Source: an uncultured Desulfovibrionaceae bacterium (GTDB taxonomy: Bacteria; Desulfobacterota; Desulfovibrionia; Desulfovibrionales; Desulfovibrionaceae). Taken from it: a stretch of 64,000 bases of DNA. The translations under genes and the position numbers were made by a program. This document shows, in pieces, positions 49,975 to 60,177 of the stretch. Location: NCBI GenBank assembly GCA_949299515.1, contig CASGAP010000010.1:7621-71620 (forward strand), read 5' to 3'. Position 1 is the first letter of the stretch; each line of letters begins with the position of its first letter. Below the pieces are notes generated by a model that searched no databases, was not told the DNA's origin, and was given only the letters and a program-made list of their open reading frames with translations.

Positions 49975-50745
49975 ATGGATGCACAAATGGTTGCGGGAAA
50001 AGTGGCGCTGATAACCGGTGCAAGTTACGGCATGGGCAGAACTATCGCTTCCGTGTTTGCGGAAGAGGGGGCAAAACTTGTTCTTACTGCCAGAAATAAA
50101 GAACAGCTTGACAGTATTGTGGAAGAAATCCGCGCCAAAGGCGGCAGTGCTTTGGGGATAGCTGCCGATGTGACTTCTGCCGAAGATACCCGGAACGTTT
50201 TTCAGGCGGCAATTAATGAATACGGCACGCTTGACATATTAATCAATAATGCGGGAATAGGGGAACAGAAATGCATTGACGAGCTGGACGACGAATGGCT
50301 TGACCATGTGCTGCAGACCAATCTCGGCGGGCCTGTACGCTATATTCGCGAGGCGCTGAAAATTTTTATGCCGAAAAATGACGGCGTTATTATTAATATT
50401 TCTTCTGTAAACGGGGAAAGGCCGTTTTGCGGCGCAGCGTATACCGCGTCAAAAGGAGCCATTAATACTCTGACAAAAAACGTTGCCATGCGTCTTATCG
50501 ATACCAATATCCGCTGCAATGCCGTCGCTCCGGGCGCAACCGTAACCCCTGCCCATTTGACCAATAAGGCGGGCGGCCAGCCCGGAGGCGCCAAAATGCT
50601 GGAATACAGCAAGCATTTTGTGTATTTTCCCGGTCCGGAATGTGAGGCTTTGGATCAGGCTTATGCCTGCCTGTATCTCGCCAGCAAAATGGGAAAAGCC
50701 GTAAAAGGTCAGGTGCTGCAGGTGTGCAACGGAGCGTTTTTATAA
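49975..50745 (+). CDS. SDR-family oxidoreductase
   Basis: TGASYGMG cofactor motif, NNAG, and the catalytic YTASKGA (YxxxK). Confidence 0.9.
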   Translation: MDAQMVAGKVALITGASYGMGRTIASVFAEEGAKLVLTARNKEQLDSIVEEIRAKGGSALGIAADVTSAEDTRNVFQAAINEYGTLDILINNAGIGEQKCIDELDDEWLDHVLQTNLGGPVRYIREALKIFMPKNDGVIINISSVNGERPFCGAAYTASKGAINTLTKNVAMRLIDTNIRCNAVAPGATVTPAHLTNKAGGQPGGAKMLEYSKHFVYFPGPECEALDQAYACLYLASKMGKAVKGQVLQVCNGAFL

Positions 50746-50746
50746 T

Positions 50747-51223
50747 ATGCTGTGCCGTATTGTTTGGACTCTTGTCTGTGCAGTTGTGCTTTTTGCCGGG
50801 GGAGCCTTGGCAGGTGAAACGCAGAACGGAGAAAGGAGGCGGAGCATGGAATATGTTTTGGTTCTTAACGGAAAAGAGTTTGCCGTCGATTGGAACGGTT
50901 CTGCCGCCGCTGAGGCTTTTTTGCGGAAACTTCCCCTTACGCTCACCATGCAGGATTTTAACGGCAACGAAAAATTCGGTACGCTGCCTTTTTCCCTTGC
51001 GGCGGAAAAAAAAGTGCCTACGGCCATAGCCGGCGGAGAAATCATGCTGTTCAGGGATACTGTTTTGGTTCTGTTTTATGAAGATATACCGCATACTCAG
51101 TATTCGTACACTCCTCTCGGGCGTATTGCGGCACAGCCCGGCAGCGGGGATTGGGAAGCTTTTGTCCGGTGTATGCGGGAATATTCGGTACAAGCCGAGT
51201 TTAAACGCATTGCGGCGGAATAA
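50747..51223 (+). CDS. cyclophilin-like fold protein (possible signal peptide; alternative start at 50846)
   Basis: The core MEYVLVLNGKEFAVDWNGSAAAEAFLRKLPLTLTMQDFNGNEKF...GEIMLF...LVLFYED...YTPLGRI matches the pattern of the small cyclophilin-like family. A strong SD AGGAGG precedes the internal ATG at 50846. Confidence 0.65.
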   Translation: MLCRIVWTLVCAVVLFAGGALAGETQNGERRRSMEYVLVLNGKEFAVDWNGSAAAEAFLRKLPLTLTMQDFNGNEKFGTLPFSLAAEKKVPTAIAGGEIMLFRDTVLVLFYEDIPHTQYSYTPLGRIAAQPGSGDWEAFVRCMREYSVQAEFKRIAAE

Positions 51224-51395
51224 GTTTTGACTGCGGCAAAAGATATTTTAGAATATGCGGCAGGGCATTGGCTTTGCCGCTTTTTCTGCCGTTTGTTTTA
51301 ACGGCAGGATATTTGCTTGACTTTTTTATATAATGAGCCCACAATTTTTAAATCATATGTTTACGTATTGTTTTTTGTTTTCCTTTTGATTTGCC

Positions 51396-52583
51396 GTGAA
51401 TGTTTTACCTGCGGAGTGGCGTATGCATGACCAGGGTTATTACAAAGAACCGTTGTGGACAAAAAATTTTGTTATCCTGCTGATGATAAACTTGCTGATC
51501 TTTTTCAGCTTTCAGCTTTATTCTCCTTCTCTGCCGCCGTATCTGAAGTCTTTGGGCGTGGAAGAAAGTCTGCTTGGCTGGTATACTGCGCTGTCCATGT
51601 TTGCCGCGCTTCTTGTGCGTCCGTTTGTGGGAGCTTTGCTGGACTGTTACGGCCGCAAGCATATTTTTCTTTTCGGGCTGTCCATGGTATTTTTAATCTG
51701 CACCATGATGTTTTTCTTTCCGTTTGCCTTGGCTTTGCTTTTTCTGCGCCTGCTGCAGGGCGTGGGCTGGGGGATTATCAGCACGTCCGCGGCAACCATT
51801 GTGGCAGACAATATACCGCGCAAACGCTTCGGCGAAGGCATCGGCTTTTTCAGCCTGTCCAGCAGCCTGGCTTTGGCAACCGCGCCTGCCATTGCCCTGA
51901 CGCTGCCTATTGACGTGCTTTTCTGCCTTGCCGCTTTTTTTATGTCTGTTACGATTTTATTGGCGGCTGTTTTGAAATATAATCCTGTAAGCGATGCCAT
52001 GGAATGCAGGAATCTGCGTTTCAGCTTTGAAAAATCCGCACTTTTGCCGACGCTGATAATTTTTTTCGGCAATATCTGCTACGGTGCGGTGGTAACGTAT
52101 CTGGTGATTTTTGCCACCGACAGAGGCATACAGAATATTTCCACCTATTATTTGGTATATGCCGTTACGCTTATGGTGACGCGGCCCAATATCGGCAAGC
52201 TTGTGGACAAAAAGCTGTATGTGCAGGTTATGGCGCTGGGCATTGTGTGCATGGCGGCGGCGTTCGGCATTATTTCTTCGGCAACCAATATTTATCTCTT
52301 GGATTTGGGAGCCATGTTTTACGGCGTGGGACAGGGCGCCGTGCTGACAACGTCACAGACGCTTTCCGTCATCAATGCTCCGGAACACAGAATAGGCATG
52401 GCCAGTGCAACGTTTGCCATGGGCTTTGATATCGGCATTGCCGCAGGAGCGGTTTTTTCCGGGGTGCTGGTCAATTTTTGGGGCTATTCCGGAATGTTTA
52501 CGGCGCTTATGGCAGCGCCGCTGGCGGCAGGGTTGGTTTTTGCCGTTGCATACAGGAAAAAGCTGTTTGCCTCTGCGGTTTGA
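51396..52583 (+). CDS. MFS transporter
   Basis: 395-aa ORF with ~12 TM segments and an MFS loop 2-3 motif (GALLDCYGRK). Confidence 0.85.
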   Translation: MNVLPAEWRMHDQGYYKEPLWTKNFVILLMINLLIFFSFQLYSPSLPPYLKSLGVEESLLGWYTALSMFAALLVRPFVGALLDCYGRKHIFLFGLSMVFLICTMMFFFPFALALLFLRLLQGVGWGIISTSAATIVADNIPRKRFGEGIGFFSLSSSLALATAPAIALTLPIDVLFCLAAFFMSVTILLAAVLKYNPVSDAMECRNLRFSFEKSALLPTLIIFFGNICYGAVVTYLVIFATDRGIQNISTYYLVYAVTLMVTRPNIGKLVDKKLYVQVMALGIVCMAAAFGIISSATNIYLLDLGAMFYGVGQGAVLTTSQTLSVINAPEHRIGMASATFAMGFDIGIAAGAVFSGVLVNFWGYSGMFTALMAAPLAAGLVFAVAYRKKLFASAV

Positions 52584-52592
52584 GGCGTTTGA

Positions 52593-52626
52593 GCATAAAA
52601 AAAGCCCCGCAGGGGCTTTTTTATGC
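52593..52626. terminator. bidirectional rho-independent terminator between the MFS gene and lon
   Basis: GCATAAAAAAAGCCCC-GC-AGGGGCTTTTTTATGC, overlapping the lon stop codon. Confidence 0.85.
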
Positions 52627-55113
52627 ATTGTCCGTTTCTTTTTCCGGCTGCGGTTTGAGGCTTTGCAAAAAGTCCGCATTGCCGGCGTCGGTTTGGAATA
52701 TGTCCGTGCTTTTTTTGCTGAAAGCAATGGGCAGAACTTCGTCCACATGGCTGACAAGCTTTATTTTTAAGCTGGCGGTGATTTCCTTCGGTATTTCTTC
52801 GATATCTTTTTTGTTGTCCTTGGGTATGATTACGGTTTTGATATTGGAACGCTTTGCTGCCAGAAGCTTTTCCCGCAGGCCGCCGATGGCGAGCACCCGT
52901 CCGCGCAGGGTGATTTCGCCTGTCATGGCCACATTGTCCAGTACGGGAATGCCGAGCAGGGCGGAACTTATGGACGTTGCCATGGTTATGCCCGCGGAAG
53001 GGCCGTCTTTCGGGGTGGCGCCTTCGGGTACGTGGATATGGATATCAATGTCTTTGTAAAAGTCCGGACGCAGGCCGAGCAGGTTTGCGCGGGAACGCAC
53101 ATAGCTGAAAGCGGCTTCCGCAGATTCTTTCATAACGGAACCGAGCTGGCCGGTAATGGAAATTTTGCCTGTTCCGGGCATGATTGCGGTTTCGATGTAC
53201 AGAATGTCGCCGCCCACATTGTTGTAGGCAAGGCCCGCAACGACGCCTACCTGGGCATTGTTTTCCTTATCGCCGAAGCGGTATTTCTGTATGCCGAGGT
53301 ATTGGCGCAGGTCTTTTTTTCTGACATGGACGCTCTGGCTGCCGGTATTTTCGTTCTGTACCAATTTGATGGCGGTTTTGCGGCACAGCGCGGCAACTTG
53401 GCGTTCAAGGCTGCGCACTCCTGCTTCCCGTGTGTAGGAACGGATGATTTCCAGCATGGCGCTGTCGTCGATTACCAGGCTGTTTTCCTGCAGACCGTGC
53501 ATTTTCCGCTGTTTGGGCAGAAGAAAGTCTTTGGCTATGCTCATTTTTTCCGTTTCAAGATAGCTTGAAAGCTCGATTATTTCCATTCTGTCCCGAAGAG
53601 GGGCGGGAATGTCGGAGAGCGTGTTGGCCGTGGTGATAAAAAAGATTTTGGACAGGTCATAATCCAAATCCAGGTAATGGTCGCTGAAAGAGCTGTTCTG
53701 TTCTGGGTCAAGCACTTCCAGCAGGGCGGAACTGGGGTCGCCTCTGAAATCCGCCGTCATTTTGTCTATCTCGTCAAGGCAGAACAGGGGATTGTTGGAT
53801 TTTGCCTTTTTCAGCGCCATAAGGATTTTGCCCGGCATGGCGCCTACATAGGTTCTTCTGTGCCCGCGTATTTCCGCTTCGTCGCGCACGCCGCCCAGGG
53901 AAATGCGCACAAAGTCCCTGCCCGTGGCTTCTGCCACGCTTTTGGCAAGAGACGTTTTGCCTACGCCCGGAGGCCCGACAAAACAAAGGATAGGCCCTTT
54001 CAGTCCGTCGGTGAGTTTTTGCACCGCAAGGTATTCCAAAATGCGTTCCTTCGGTTTTTCAAGGCCGAAATGGGCATTGTCCAAAATTGTTTTGGCTTCC
54101 TGTATGTCTATGCGGATAGTTTTCAGTTCGTTCCAGGGCAGGTCAAGCACCCAGTCGATATAATTGCGCGCTACGGTATATTCGGCGGAAGCAGGGGACA
54201 TGGGGCGAAGTTTTTTCAGTTCGCGCAGGGCCCGTTCCTTGGCTTCTTCGGGCATATTTTTTTCCCGTATGCGCAGTTCCAGTTCGTCGGCTTCTGCCTG
54301 CGGGTCTTCGTTGCCCATTTCTTTGTGAATGGCTTTTATCTGTTCGGTAAGGTAGTATTCCCGCTGGTTTTTTTCCATTTGGTCTTTGACGCGGCTCTTG
54401 ATTTTTTTCTCAAGGTCGGCCACGGCAAGTTCGCTGTTTAAAAGCTCGTAGGCTTTTGCGAGGCGTTCGCCTGTATTGCGCATTTCCAGCACTTCCTGTT
54501 TTTGCGCATAATCAAGCTTTAAGTGCGGCATGACGGCATCGGCCAGTTTGCCTGCATTGTGCAGGGCGCAGATGGCTGCCACGTGTTCCTGCGTCAGTTT
54601 TTTGTTGACTTTGGAAAATTCTTCCACGGCGTCGTGCACTGCTCTGTACAGGGCTTCCGCTTCCTGCGGGGCGGCGTCGGTATCCTGCAGTTCGCGGGTT
54701 GCAAGGCACGGGCAGGAATATTTGCCGAAAGCCGGGGAAAAAGACTGATCGGTTCGGGACTCTTCGGCATCGGCAAGGGCATTTTCGTTTTGATTGTCCA
54801 AGGTTTCCCAGGAGGCGCGGTAGAGGCCCTCAAAAAGAACTTTAATATTGCCGTCCGGCAGGCGCATAAGCTGAAGAATACGGCTTACGACGCCAACGGG
54901 GTATAAATCTTCCGGGAGGGGTTTTTCTATGTCGGCCTCTTTCTGGGTGACAAGAAAAATATGTTTTTTAAAGGAGCTGATGGATTCTTCTATGGCTCGT
55001 ATGGAAATATCGCGCCCCACAAAAAGCGGGGTAATGGAGCCCGGAAAAATAACCACTTCCCGCAGCGTCATCATGGGAAGAATGCGGCTGGCCGTATTTT
55101 CTGTACTGTTCAT
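52621..55113 (-). CDS. lon: ATP-dependent protease Lon
   Basis: 830-aa ORF with the Walker A motif GPPGVGKTS and the catalytic Ser context PKDGPSAG. Confidence 0.97.
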   Translation of the reverse strand: MNSTENTASRILPMMTLREVVIFPGSITPLFVGRDISIRAIEESISSFKKHIFLVTQKEADIEKPLPEDLYPVGVVSRILQLMRLPDGNIKVLFEGLYRASWETLDNQNENALADAEESRTDQSFSPAFGKYSCPCLATRELQDTDAAPQEAEALYRAVHDAVEEFSKVNKKLTQEHVAAICALHNAGKLADAVMPHLKLDYAQKQEVLEMRNTGERLAKAYELLNSELAVADLEKKIKSRVKDQMEKNQREYYLTEQIKAIHKEMGNEDPQAEADELELRIREKNMPEEAKERALRELKKLRPMSPASAEYTVARNYIDWVLDLPWNELKTIRIDIQEAKTILDNAHFGLEKPKERILEYLAVQKLTDGLKGPILCFVGPPGVGKTSLAKSVAEATGRDFVRISLGGVRDEAEIRGHRRTYVGAMPGKILMALKKAKSNNPLFCLDEIDKMTADFRGDPSSALLEVLDPEQNSSFSDHYLDLDYDLSKIFFITTANTLSDIPAPLRDRMEIIELSSYLETEKMSIAKDFLLPKQRKMHGLQENSLVIDDSAMLEIIRSYTREAGVRSLERQVAALCRKTAIKLVQNENTGSQSVHVRKKDLRQYLGIQKYRFGDKENNAQVGVVAGLAYNNVGGDILYIETAIMPGTGKISITGQLGSVMKESAEAAFSYVRSRANLLGLRPDFYKDIDIHIHVPEGATPKDGPSAGITMATSISSALLGIPVLDNVAMTGEITLRGRVLAIGGLREKLLAAKRSNIKTVIIPKDNKKDIEEIPKEITASLKIKLVSHVDEVLPIAFSKKSTDIFQTDAGNADFLQSLKPQPEKETDNA

Positions 55114-55129
55114 GCAGTCCTCTGGAATG

Positions 55130-55160
55130 CGATACCGTACTGCCCGGCAGTACGGTATCG
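55130..55160 (-). other. stable GC-rich stem-loop in the clpX-lon spacer
   Basis: CGATACCGTACTGC-CGG-GCAGTACGGTATCG (14-bp perfect stem) with no U-tract. Confidence 0.6.
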
Positions 55161-55165
55161 GAGCG

Positions 55166-56392
55166 TTATTCGGCTTTGGAAAGGAAAAGCGGGGCTTCTC
55201 CGTTTTCTATGACATTTTTTGTGATAATGCACTGTTTGCCTTTGGCTGTGTCGGGCAGATCGTACATGATGTCCAGCATGACGCTTTCCAGTACGTTTCT
55301 CAGGCCGCGTGCGCCTGTTTTGCGTTCAATGGCTTTATTGGCAACGGCTTTCAGTGCTTCGTTTTCAAAATGCAGTTCCACGCCGTCGATTTCAAAAAGT
55401 TTTTGGTACTGCTTGGTAAGGGCGTTTTTGGGTTCCGTAAGTACGCGCACCAAATCGTCCGCGTCCAGTTCGTCCACATGGGTAATGACAGGGATACGGC
55501 CGATAAATTCGGGAATAAGGCCGAACTGCACAAGGTCTGTCGGAACAACCTGGTCAAGCAGCTGGGAAAGGTTCTGCTCTTTTTTGTTGTTGATATGCGC
55601 GCCGAAGCCCATGCTGTTTCCGCGCATTCTGGATTCCACCATTTTTTCGAGGCCGATAAAGGCGCCGCCCACAATAAAGAGTATGTTGGAGGTATTTAAG
55701 CGGATAAATTCCTGCTGCGGATGTTTTCTGCCGCCTTTGGGAGGGATATTGGCTTCCGTGCCTTCGATGATTTTTAAAAGCGCCTGCTGCACGCCTTCGC
55801 CGGAAACGTCGCGGGTAATGGAAGGGCTGTCGCCTTTGCGGGAAATTTTGTCGATTTCGTCGATATAAATAATGCCGCGGCTTGCCGCGTCCAAATCGAA
55901 TTCGGCATTCTGCACAAGCTGTACCAGAATATTTTCCACGTCTTCGCCCACGTAGCCCGCTTCGGTAAGCGTGGTTGCGTCGGCAATGGCAAAGGGCACG
56001 TTAAGAATGCGGGCAAGGGTGCGCGCCAACAGGGTTTTGCCGCTGCCGGAGGGGCCTGCCAAAAGGACGTTGCTTTTTTCCAGTTCCACATCGCCCAGTT
56101 CCTGTTTGAAGAATACGCGTTTATAGTGGTTGTATACGGCTACGGAAAGGATTTTTTTTGCGTTGTCCTGGCCGATGACGTATTCGTCCAGCTTGGCTTT
56201 GATTTCCCGCGGGGTAAGCAGTTTTATTTCGCCTGTTTCCGCATTTTGGAATTTTTGGCGTTCGATGATGTGGTTGCACGCGCTGATGCATTCGTCGCAT
56301 ATGCAGGCATTGCCCTGCACAATGAACTGGTTGGCTTCGTATTCGCTTTTGCCGCAAAAAGAGCAGTGCATGCCGTCTTTTCTGTTGCTCAT
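55166..56392 (-). CDS. clpX: ATP-dependent Clp protease ATP-binding subunit ClpX
   Basis: N-terminal C4 zinc finger (CSFCGK..CDEC), the Walker A motif GPSGSGKT, and full ClpX collinearity. Confidence 0.97.
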   Translation of the reverse strand: MSNRKDGMHCSFCGKSEYEANQFIVQGNACICDECISACNHIIERQKFQNAETGEIKLLTPREIKAKLDEYVIGQDNAKKILSVAVYNHYKRVFFKQELGDVELEKSNVLLAGPSGSGKTLLARTLARILNVPFAIADATTLTEAGYVGEDVENILVQLVQNAEFDLDAASRGIIYIDEIDKISRKGDSPSITRDVSGEGVQQALLKIIEGTEANIPPKGGRKHPQQEFIRLNTSNILFIVGGAFIGLEKMVESRMRGNSMGFGAHINNKKEQNLSQLLDQVVPTDLVQFGLIPEFIGRIPVITHVDELDADDLVRVLTEPKNALTKQYQKLFEIDGVELHFENEALKAVANKAIERKTGARGLRNVLESVMLDIMYDLPDTAKGKQCIITKNVIENGEAPLFLSKAE

Positions 56393-56401
56393 AAAAATAA
56401 C

Positions 56402-56992
56402 CTATATTAAATCGTGTCTTGAAGTCAGGATATTGTCGATAATGCCGTATTTGAGGGCTTCTTCCGCTGTCAGGAAATTGTCGCGCTCGGTGTCGGCGGT
56501 GACTTTTTTAATGCTTTGGCCGGTATTTTCCGCCAAAATGGTATTTAAATCTTTTTTCATGCGCAGAACTTCCTTGGCATGGATTTCAATGTCTGTTGCC
56601 TGGCCTTGGTAGCCTGCGGAAGGCTGGTGTATCATTATCTGGCTGTGGGGCAGGGCAAAGCGCTTGCCTTTTTCGCCGCCTGCCAGCAAAAATGCACCCA
56701 TGCTGGCGGCTCTGCCCATGCACAGGGTGGTTACCGGGCAGGCTATGAATTTCATGGTGTCGTAAATGGCCATGCCTGCGGTTACGGAACCGCCGGGGCT
56801 GTTGATGTACAGGCTGATTTCTTTTTCCGGGTCCTGGGATTCGAGGAAAAGCAGCTGGGCGCAGACAAGGGAGGCAACGGCGTCGTTTACTTCCGTGCCG
56901 AGCAGGATAATGCGGTCTTTCAGCAGACGGGAATATATGTCGTATGCGCGTTCGGTGCGGCCTGTTGTTTCTATGACCATAGGTATATTCAT
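56402..56992 (-). CDS. clpP: ATP-dependent Clp protease proteolytic subunit
   Basis: Catalytic contexts [11 protein letters not shown] and IMIHQP. Confidence 0.97.
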   Translation of the reverse strand: MNIPMVIETTGRTERAYDIYSRLLKDRIILLGTEVNDAVASLVCAQLLFLESQDPEKEISLYINSPGGSVTAGMAIYDTMKFIACPVTTLCMGRAASMGAFLLAGGEKGKRFALPHSQIMIHQPSAGYQGQATDIEIHAKEVLRMKKDLNTILAENTGQSIKKVTADTERDNFLTAEEALKYGIIDNILTSRHDLI

Positions 56993-57131
56993 GGTGTTCT
57001 CCTTTGGGGCTTTATAACAAGACCCGCAGACAAAAGGGGTTTTGCCTGCGGATTGGAAAAATGCAGCGGTGATTTTGGCAAAATATCGTCACAGCACAAG
57101 CTATGCAAAAACTTTGCCGAAATTATTGCTG

Positions 57132-58433
57132 TTATGCCTGCTCGTGTTTGGCCTGTTCAAAAATCAGATCAAGGGCTTTGCCTGCCATGATGCGTTCCTG
57201 AATTTCGCCTACCATGCCGGCCTGCAGCACGTGGTCGCGTACCTGTTCGTACTGCTGACGGGTTTCCATGGCAAGCTGGCGGACGTACATATCCACTTCC
57301 TGGCCGGAAACGGAAATATTTTCGCGGAAGGCAACGGCAAGCAGGAATACATGGGCTTTAGTCTGGCGCTTTGCGATTTCCTGACCGTCTTCCTTGAGGG
57401 AAGCAATGGCTTTAAGCATTTCTTCCGGGTCCATGTTTTGCTGGCCGAGGTGGTTTCTGGCTTCCATCATATAGTTGGAGAGCGCTTTTTGCACCATGCT
57501 TTCGGGCAGTTCGTAATCGAATTTTTCGGTAATGCTGTCAAGAAGCTGCTGCTGCGCTTTGTTTCTTACCTGAGCGGATTTGGCGTGTTTTACCTGTGCT
57601 TCGATGGTTTGCTTGAGGGTTTCCAAATCGCTGAAGCCTACTTTTTTGGCAAATTCGTCGTCAAATTCGGGCAGGATCTGTTTATGGATTTTGTGCAGCT
57701 TAATTTTAATGTCAATGGTTTTGCCGCGCATTTCGGCGTTTGCGTAATCGTCGGGGCAAACCATGGTGCCTTTGACTTCTTCGCCGGCTTTTGCGGTGCG
57801 CACCAGGGCGTCGATTTCTTTATTGGTTGCGTCTTTGTTGTCGGAAAGCTGCATGAGGAAGTTTTGTGCGCCCATGCCGGGAACGGGATTGCCTTCGTAG
57901 GAGCCTTCCACGTCAACGAGGAGCACGTCGCCGTCCATGGGGTATCTGTCTTCGTTCATGTCTTCGAGGGTAGCCATGCTGCGGCGGATTTGAGTGGTGA
58001 AGTTTTCGATGTCTTCTTCGGTAACTTCGTCGGATTCGACTTTTACGCTGTATTCGGAAAAATCTTTGGGCAGGTCGATTTCCGGAAGAACTTCAAAAGA
58101 GCAGACAAACGCAAAATCGCTGCCGCGGGTGAGTTTTTGGGCGTCTTCTTTGTCTTCGAAGTTTACGCGGCTTACCGGACGGATTTTTTCTTCGTCGAAA
58201 ATTTTATTGATCGTGCTGTTGATCAGGTTTTCGGTGGCGTAGTTGTATACTTCGTCGGAGAAGCGTTTTTCGATGACGGAAGCGGGCACTTTACCTTTGC
58301 GGAAGCCGTTCAGACTGAGGTTTTTGCCGTATTCGCGGATTGTGCCGTCAATGGTTTTGCTGACTTCGGCTGCTTCGATGGTTACGGAAATTTTGCGTTT
58401 AGTTGCGGAAACGTTTTCGATATTGTGGGACAT
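57132..58433 (-). CDS. tig: trigger factor
   Basis: 433-aa product from the ATG at 58433 (SD AGGAGT), with the ribosome-binding motif GFRKGKVP. Confidence 0.95.
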   Translation of the reverse strand: MSHNIENVSATKRKISVTIEAAEVSKTIDGTIREYGKNLSLNGFRKGKVPASVIEKRFSDEVYNYATENLINSTINKIFDEEKIRPVSRVNFEDKEDAQKLTRGSDFAFVCSFEVLPEIDLPKDFSEYSVKVESDEVTEEDIENFTTQIRRSMATLEDMNEDRYPMDGDVLLVDVEGSYEGNPVPGMGAQNFLMQLSDNKDATNKEIDALVRTAKAGEEVKGTMVCPDDYANAEMRGKTIDIKIKLHKIHKQILPEFDDEFAKKVGFSDLETLKQTIEAQVKHAKSAQVRNKAQQQLLDSITEKFDYELPESMVQKALSNYMMEARNHLGQQNMDPEEMLKAIASLKEDGQEIAKRQTKAHVFLLAVAFRENISVSGQEVDMYVRQLAMETRQQYEQVRDHVLQAGMVGEIQERIMAGKALDLIFEQAKHEQA

Positions 58434-58505
58434 GGTTCTGACTCCTAATATATTGTGCCGGTAAAGCGGCACTCTTTGGAGCCTTTGACCGGTCAAAGAA
58501 TTTGG

Positions 58506-58590
58506 TGGTACGAGAGAAGAGACTCGAACTCTTAAGGAATATTCCGCTGGATCCTAAGTCCAGTGCGTTTACCAATTCCGCCACTCTCGC
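58506..58590 (-). tRNA. tRNA-Leu (anticodon UAG)
   Basis: 85-nt class II tRNA: acceptor GCGAGAG/CTCTCGT, anticodon stem CTGGA/TCCAG with loop CTTAGGA, long variable arm, T arm AAGAG-TTCGAGT-CTCTT, encoded CCA. Confidence 0.9.
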
Positions 58591-58770
58591 ATTGAAAATT
58601 GCAAAGGATTATTTAATACACAATCATTAAAAATGCAAGTTATTTTTATGAGAAAAAATTTTTATTTTATGTTAATCCGTTGAAAATAAAAATAAACACA
58701 AAAAGTTTGCAGGCAATGTAATTCTTGCTAATTTATTTTTTAAAGATTATCAAACACCTGCGAGGTGCCT

Positions 58771-60126
58771 ATGACAAATCAATTTCAGCGTCAGGATTTA
58801 AAACGTCAGCTTGTGTCTTTGACCGTTCCGATTTTTATCGAAACCCTGCTCATTATGCTTTTGGGGTTTATGGATGTTTTAATGCTGAGCCGCGTTTCCG
58901 ACGATGCCGTGGCCGCGGTGGGTCTTGCCAATCAGATTTTGATGCTGGTGAACATGGTGTTCATGGTGGGGGTTATGGGCGCAACTGTTGTTTGTTCCCA
59001 GTATATCGGCGCGCGCGACGAAAAGGGCTTTGTGCAGACTACGGGTGCCGCCGTTGTGTATAATATTCTGGTGGGTGCGGCAATAGGCATTGTGTTTGCC
59101 TTTTTTACGCCGCAGATAGTGGCGTTTTTGGATGTGCGGCAGGAGCTTGTGGATAACGCAAGCGTTTATTTTGAAATCGTGGGCGGCCTTTCCGTACTGA
59201 CCTGTCTGAATATGACGTTTTCGGGCATTATGCGCAGCTGCAATTTGGCACGGTACCCCATGTACGTGTCTTTGCTGGTGAACGTATTGAATATTTTCGG
59301 CAATTATGCGCTTATATTCGGTAAGTTCGGTTTTCCGGAACTCGGCGTGCAGGGCGCGGCGATTTCTACCGTGGTGAGCCGTTTTTTTGCCTGCAGCCTG
59401 CTTCTTTGGGCGATTAAGCGTCAGCGTATCAAAGAATCCATTTTTAAAAGTCTGTTTCCGTTTCCTTTTGAAAAACTGCGGCAGATTTTCAAAATCGGAC
59501 TGCCCGGCGCAGGCGAAATGTTTTCCTACAGTTTTTCCCAAACCGTTATTGTGTATCTGATCAATAAACTTGGCACGGACGCCTTGGCAGCAAGAACATA
59601 TCTTACAAATATCATTACGTTTATTTTTCTTTTTGCTCTTTCTTTGGGGCAGAGTTCCGCCATTGTGGTCGGCCAGCTTATCGGCAGAAAACGTAAGGAC
59701 GCGGCACTGCGTCTCGGCCGCTTCAGCCTGAAAATCGCCGTTTCCGTTTCCGTGTCCTTGTCTTTTTGTCTGGCGCTTGCCGGGCCGTGGCTTATGCCCC
59801 TGCTTACGGGCAATGCCTATATTGTATCTCTTTGCCTGACAATTTTATGGGTAGACGTTGCCTTGGAGGTAGGCAGAGCGGTTAATATTCTCGGCGGAAG
59901 AATGCTGAGTGCCGCCGGCAACCCTGAATTTGCCTTTGTGGTCGGCGTTATTGTAATGTGGGGCGTTGCCACATTGGGTTCCTATGTTTTCGGGCTGTGG
60001 CTCGGCTACGGGCTGATCGGGATGTGGATATGTTTTATGGCCGACGAATGTCTGCGGGCGTTTTTTATCTGGCGGCATTGGGCAAGCCAGAAATGGGCGA
60101 AGAAAAACCTTATCCATGCAGAATAG
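58771..60126 (+). CDS. MATE-family efflux transporter
   Basis: ~450-aa, 12-TM ORF with a MATE-type N-terminus (LVSLTVPIFIETLLIMLLGFMDVLMLS). ATG 58771 is preceded by GAGG. Confidence 0.88.
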   Translation: MTNQFQRQDLKRQLVSLTVPIFIETLLIMLLGFMDVLMLSRVSDDAVAAVGLANQILMLVNMVFMVGVMGATVVCSQYIGARDEKGFVQTTGAAVVYNILVGAAIGIVFAFFTPQIVAFLDVRQELVDNASVYFEIVGGLSVLTCLNMTFSGIMRSCNLARYPMYVSLLVNVLNIFGNYALIFGKFGFPELGVQGAAISTVVSRFFACSLLLWAIKRQRIKESIFKSLFPFPFEKLRQIFKIGLPGAGEMFSYSFSQTVIVYLINKLGTDALAARTYLTNIITFIFLFALSLGQSSAIVVGQLIGRKRKDAALRLGRFSLKIAVSVSVSLSFCLALAGPWLMPLLTGNAYIVSLCLTILWVDVALEVGRAVNILGGRMLSAAGNPEFAFVVGVIVMWGVATLGSYVFGLWLGYGLIGMWICFMADECLRAFFIWRHWASQKWAKKNLIHAE

Positions 60127-60177
60127 CCAGGTTTTTATGCTGTTTTTACGGGCGGTACGCATATGTATCGCCCTTTT

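Noticed and set aside
43435-52620. Calling the tRNA-Arg-proximal region a bona fide integrative element or prophage.
   Set aside because: There is no integrase, excisionase, transposase or phage structural gene. I found no direct repeat of the tRNA-Arg 3' end anywhere in the window. Only compositional and contextual hints remain, which I reported as a low-confidence finding.
58506-58590. The G1-U72 wobble at the top of the tRNA-Leu acceptor stem as a sign of a pseudo-tRNA.
   Set aside because: All other stems, the long variable arm, the T loop and the encoded CCA are regular. Its position upstream of tig-clpP-clpX-lon also looks native. A single wobble pair is insufficient to question it.
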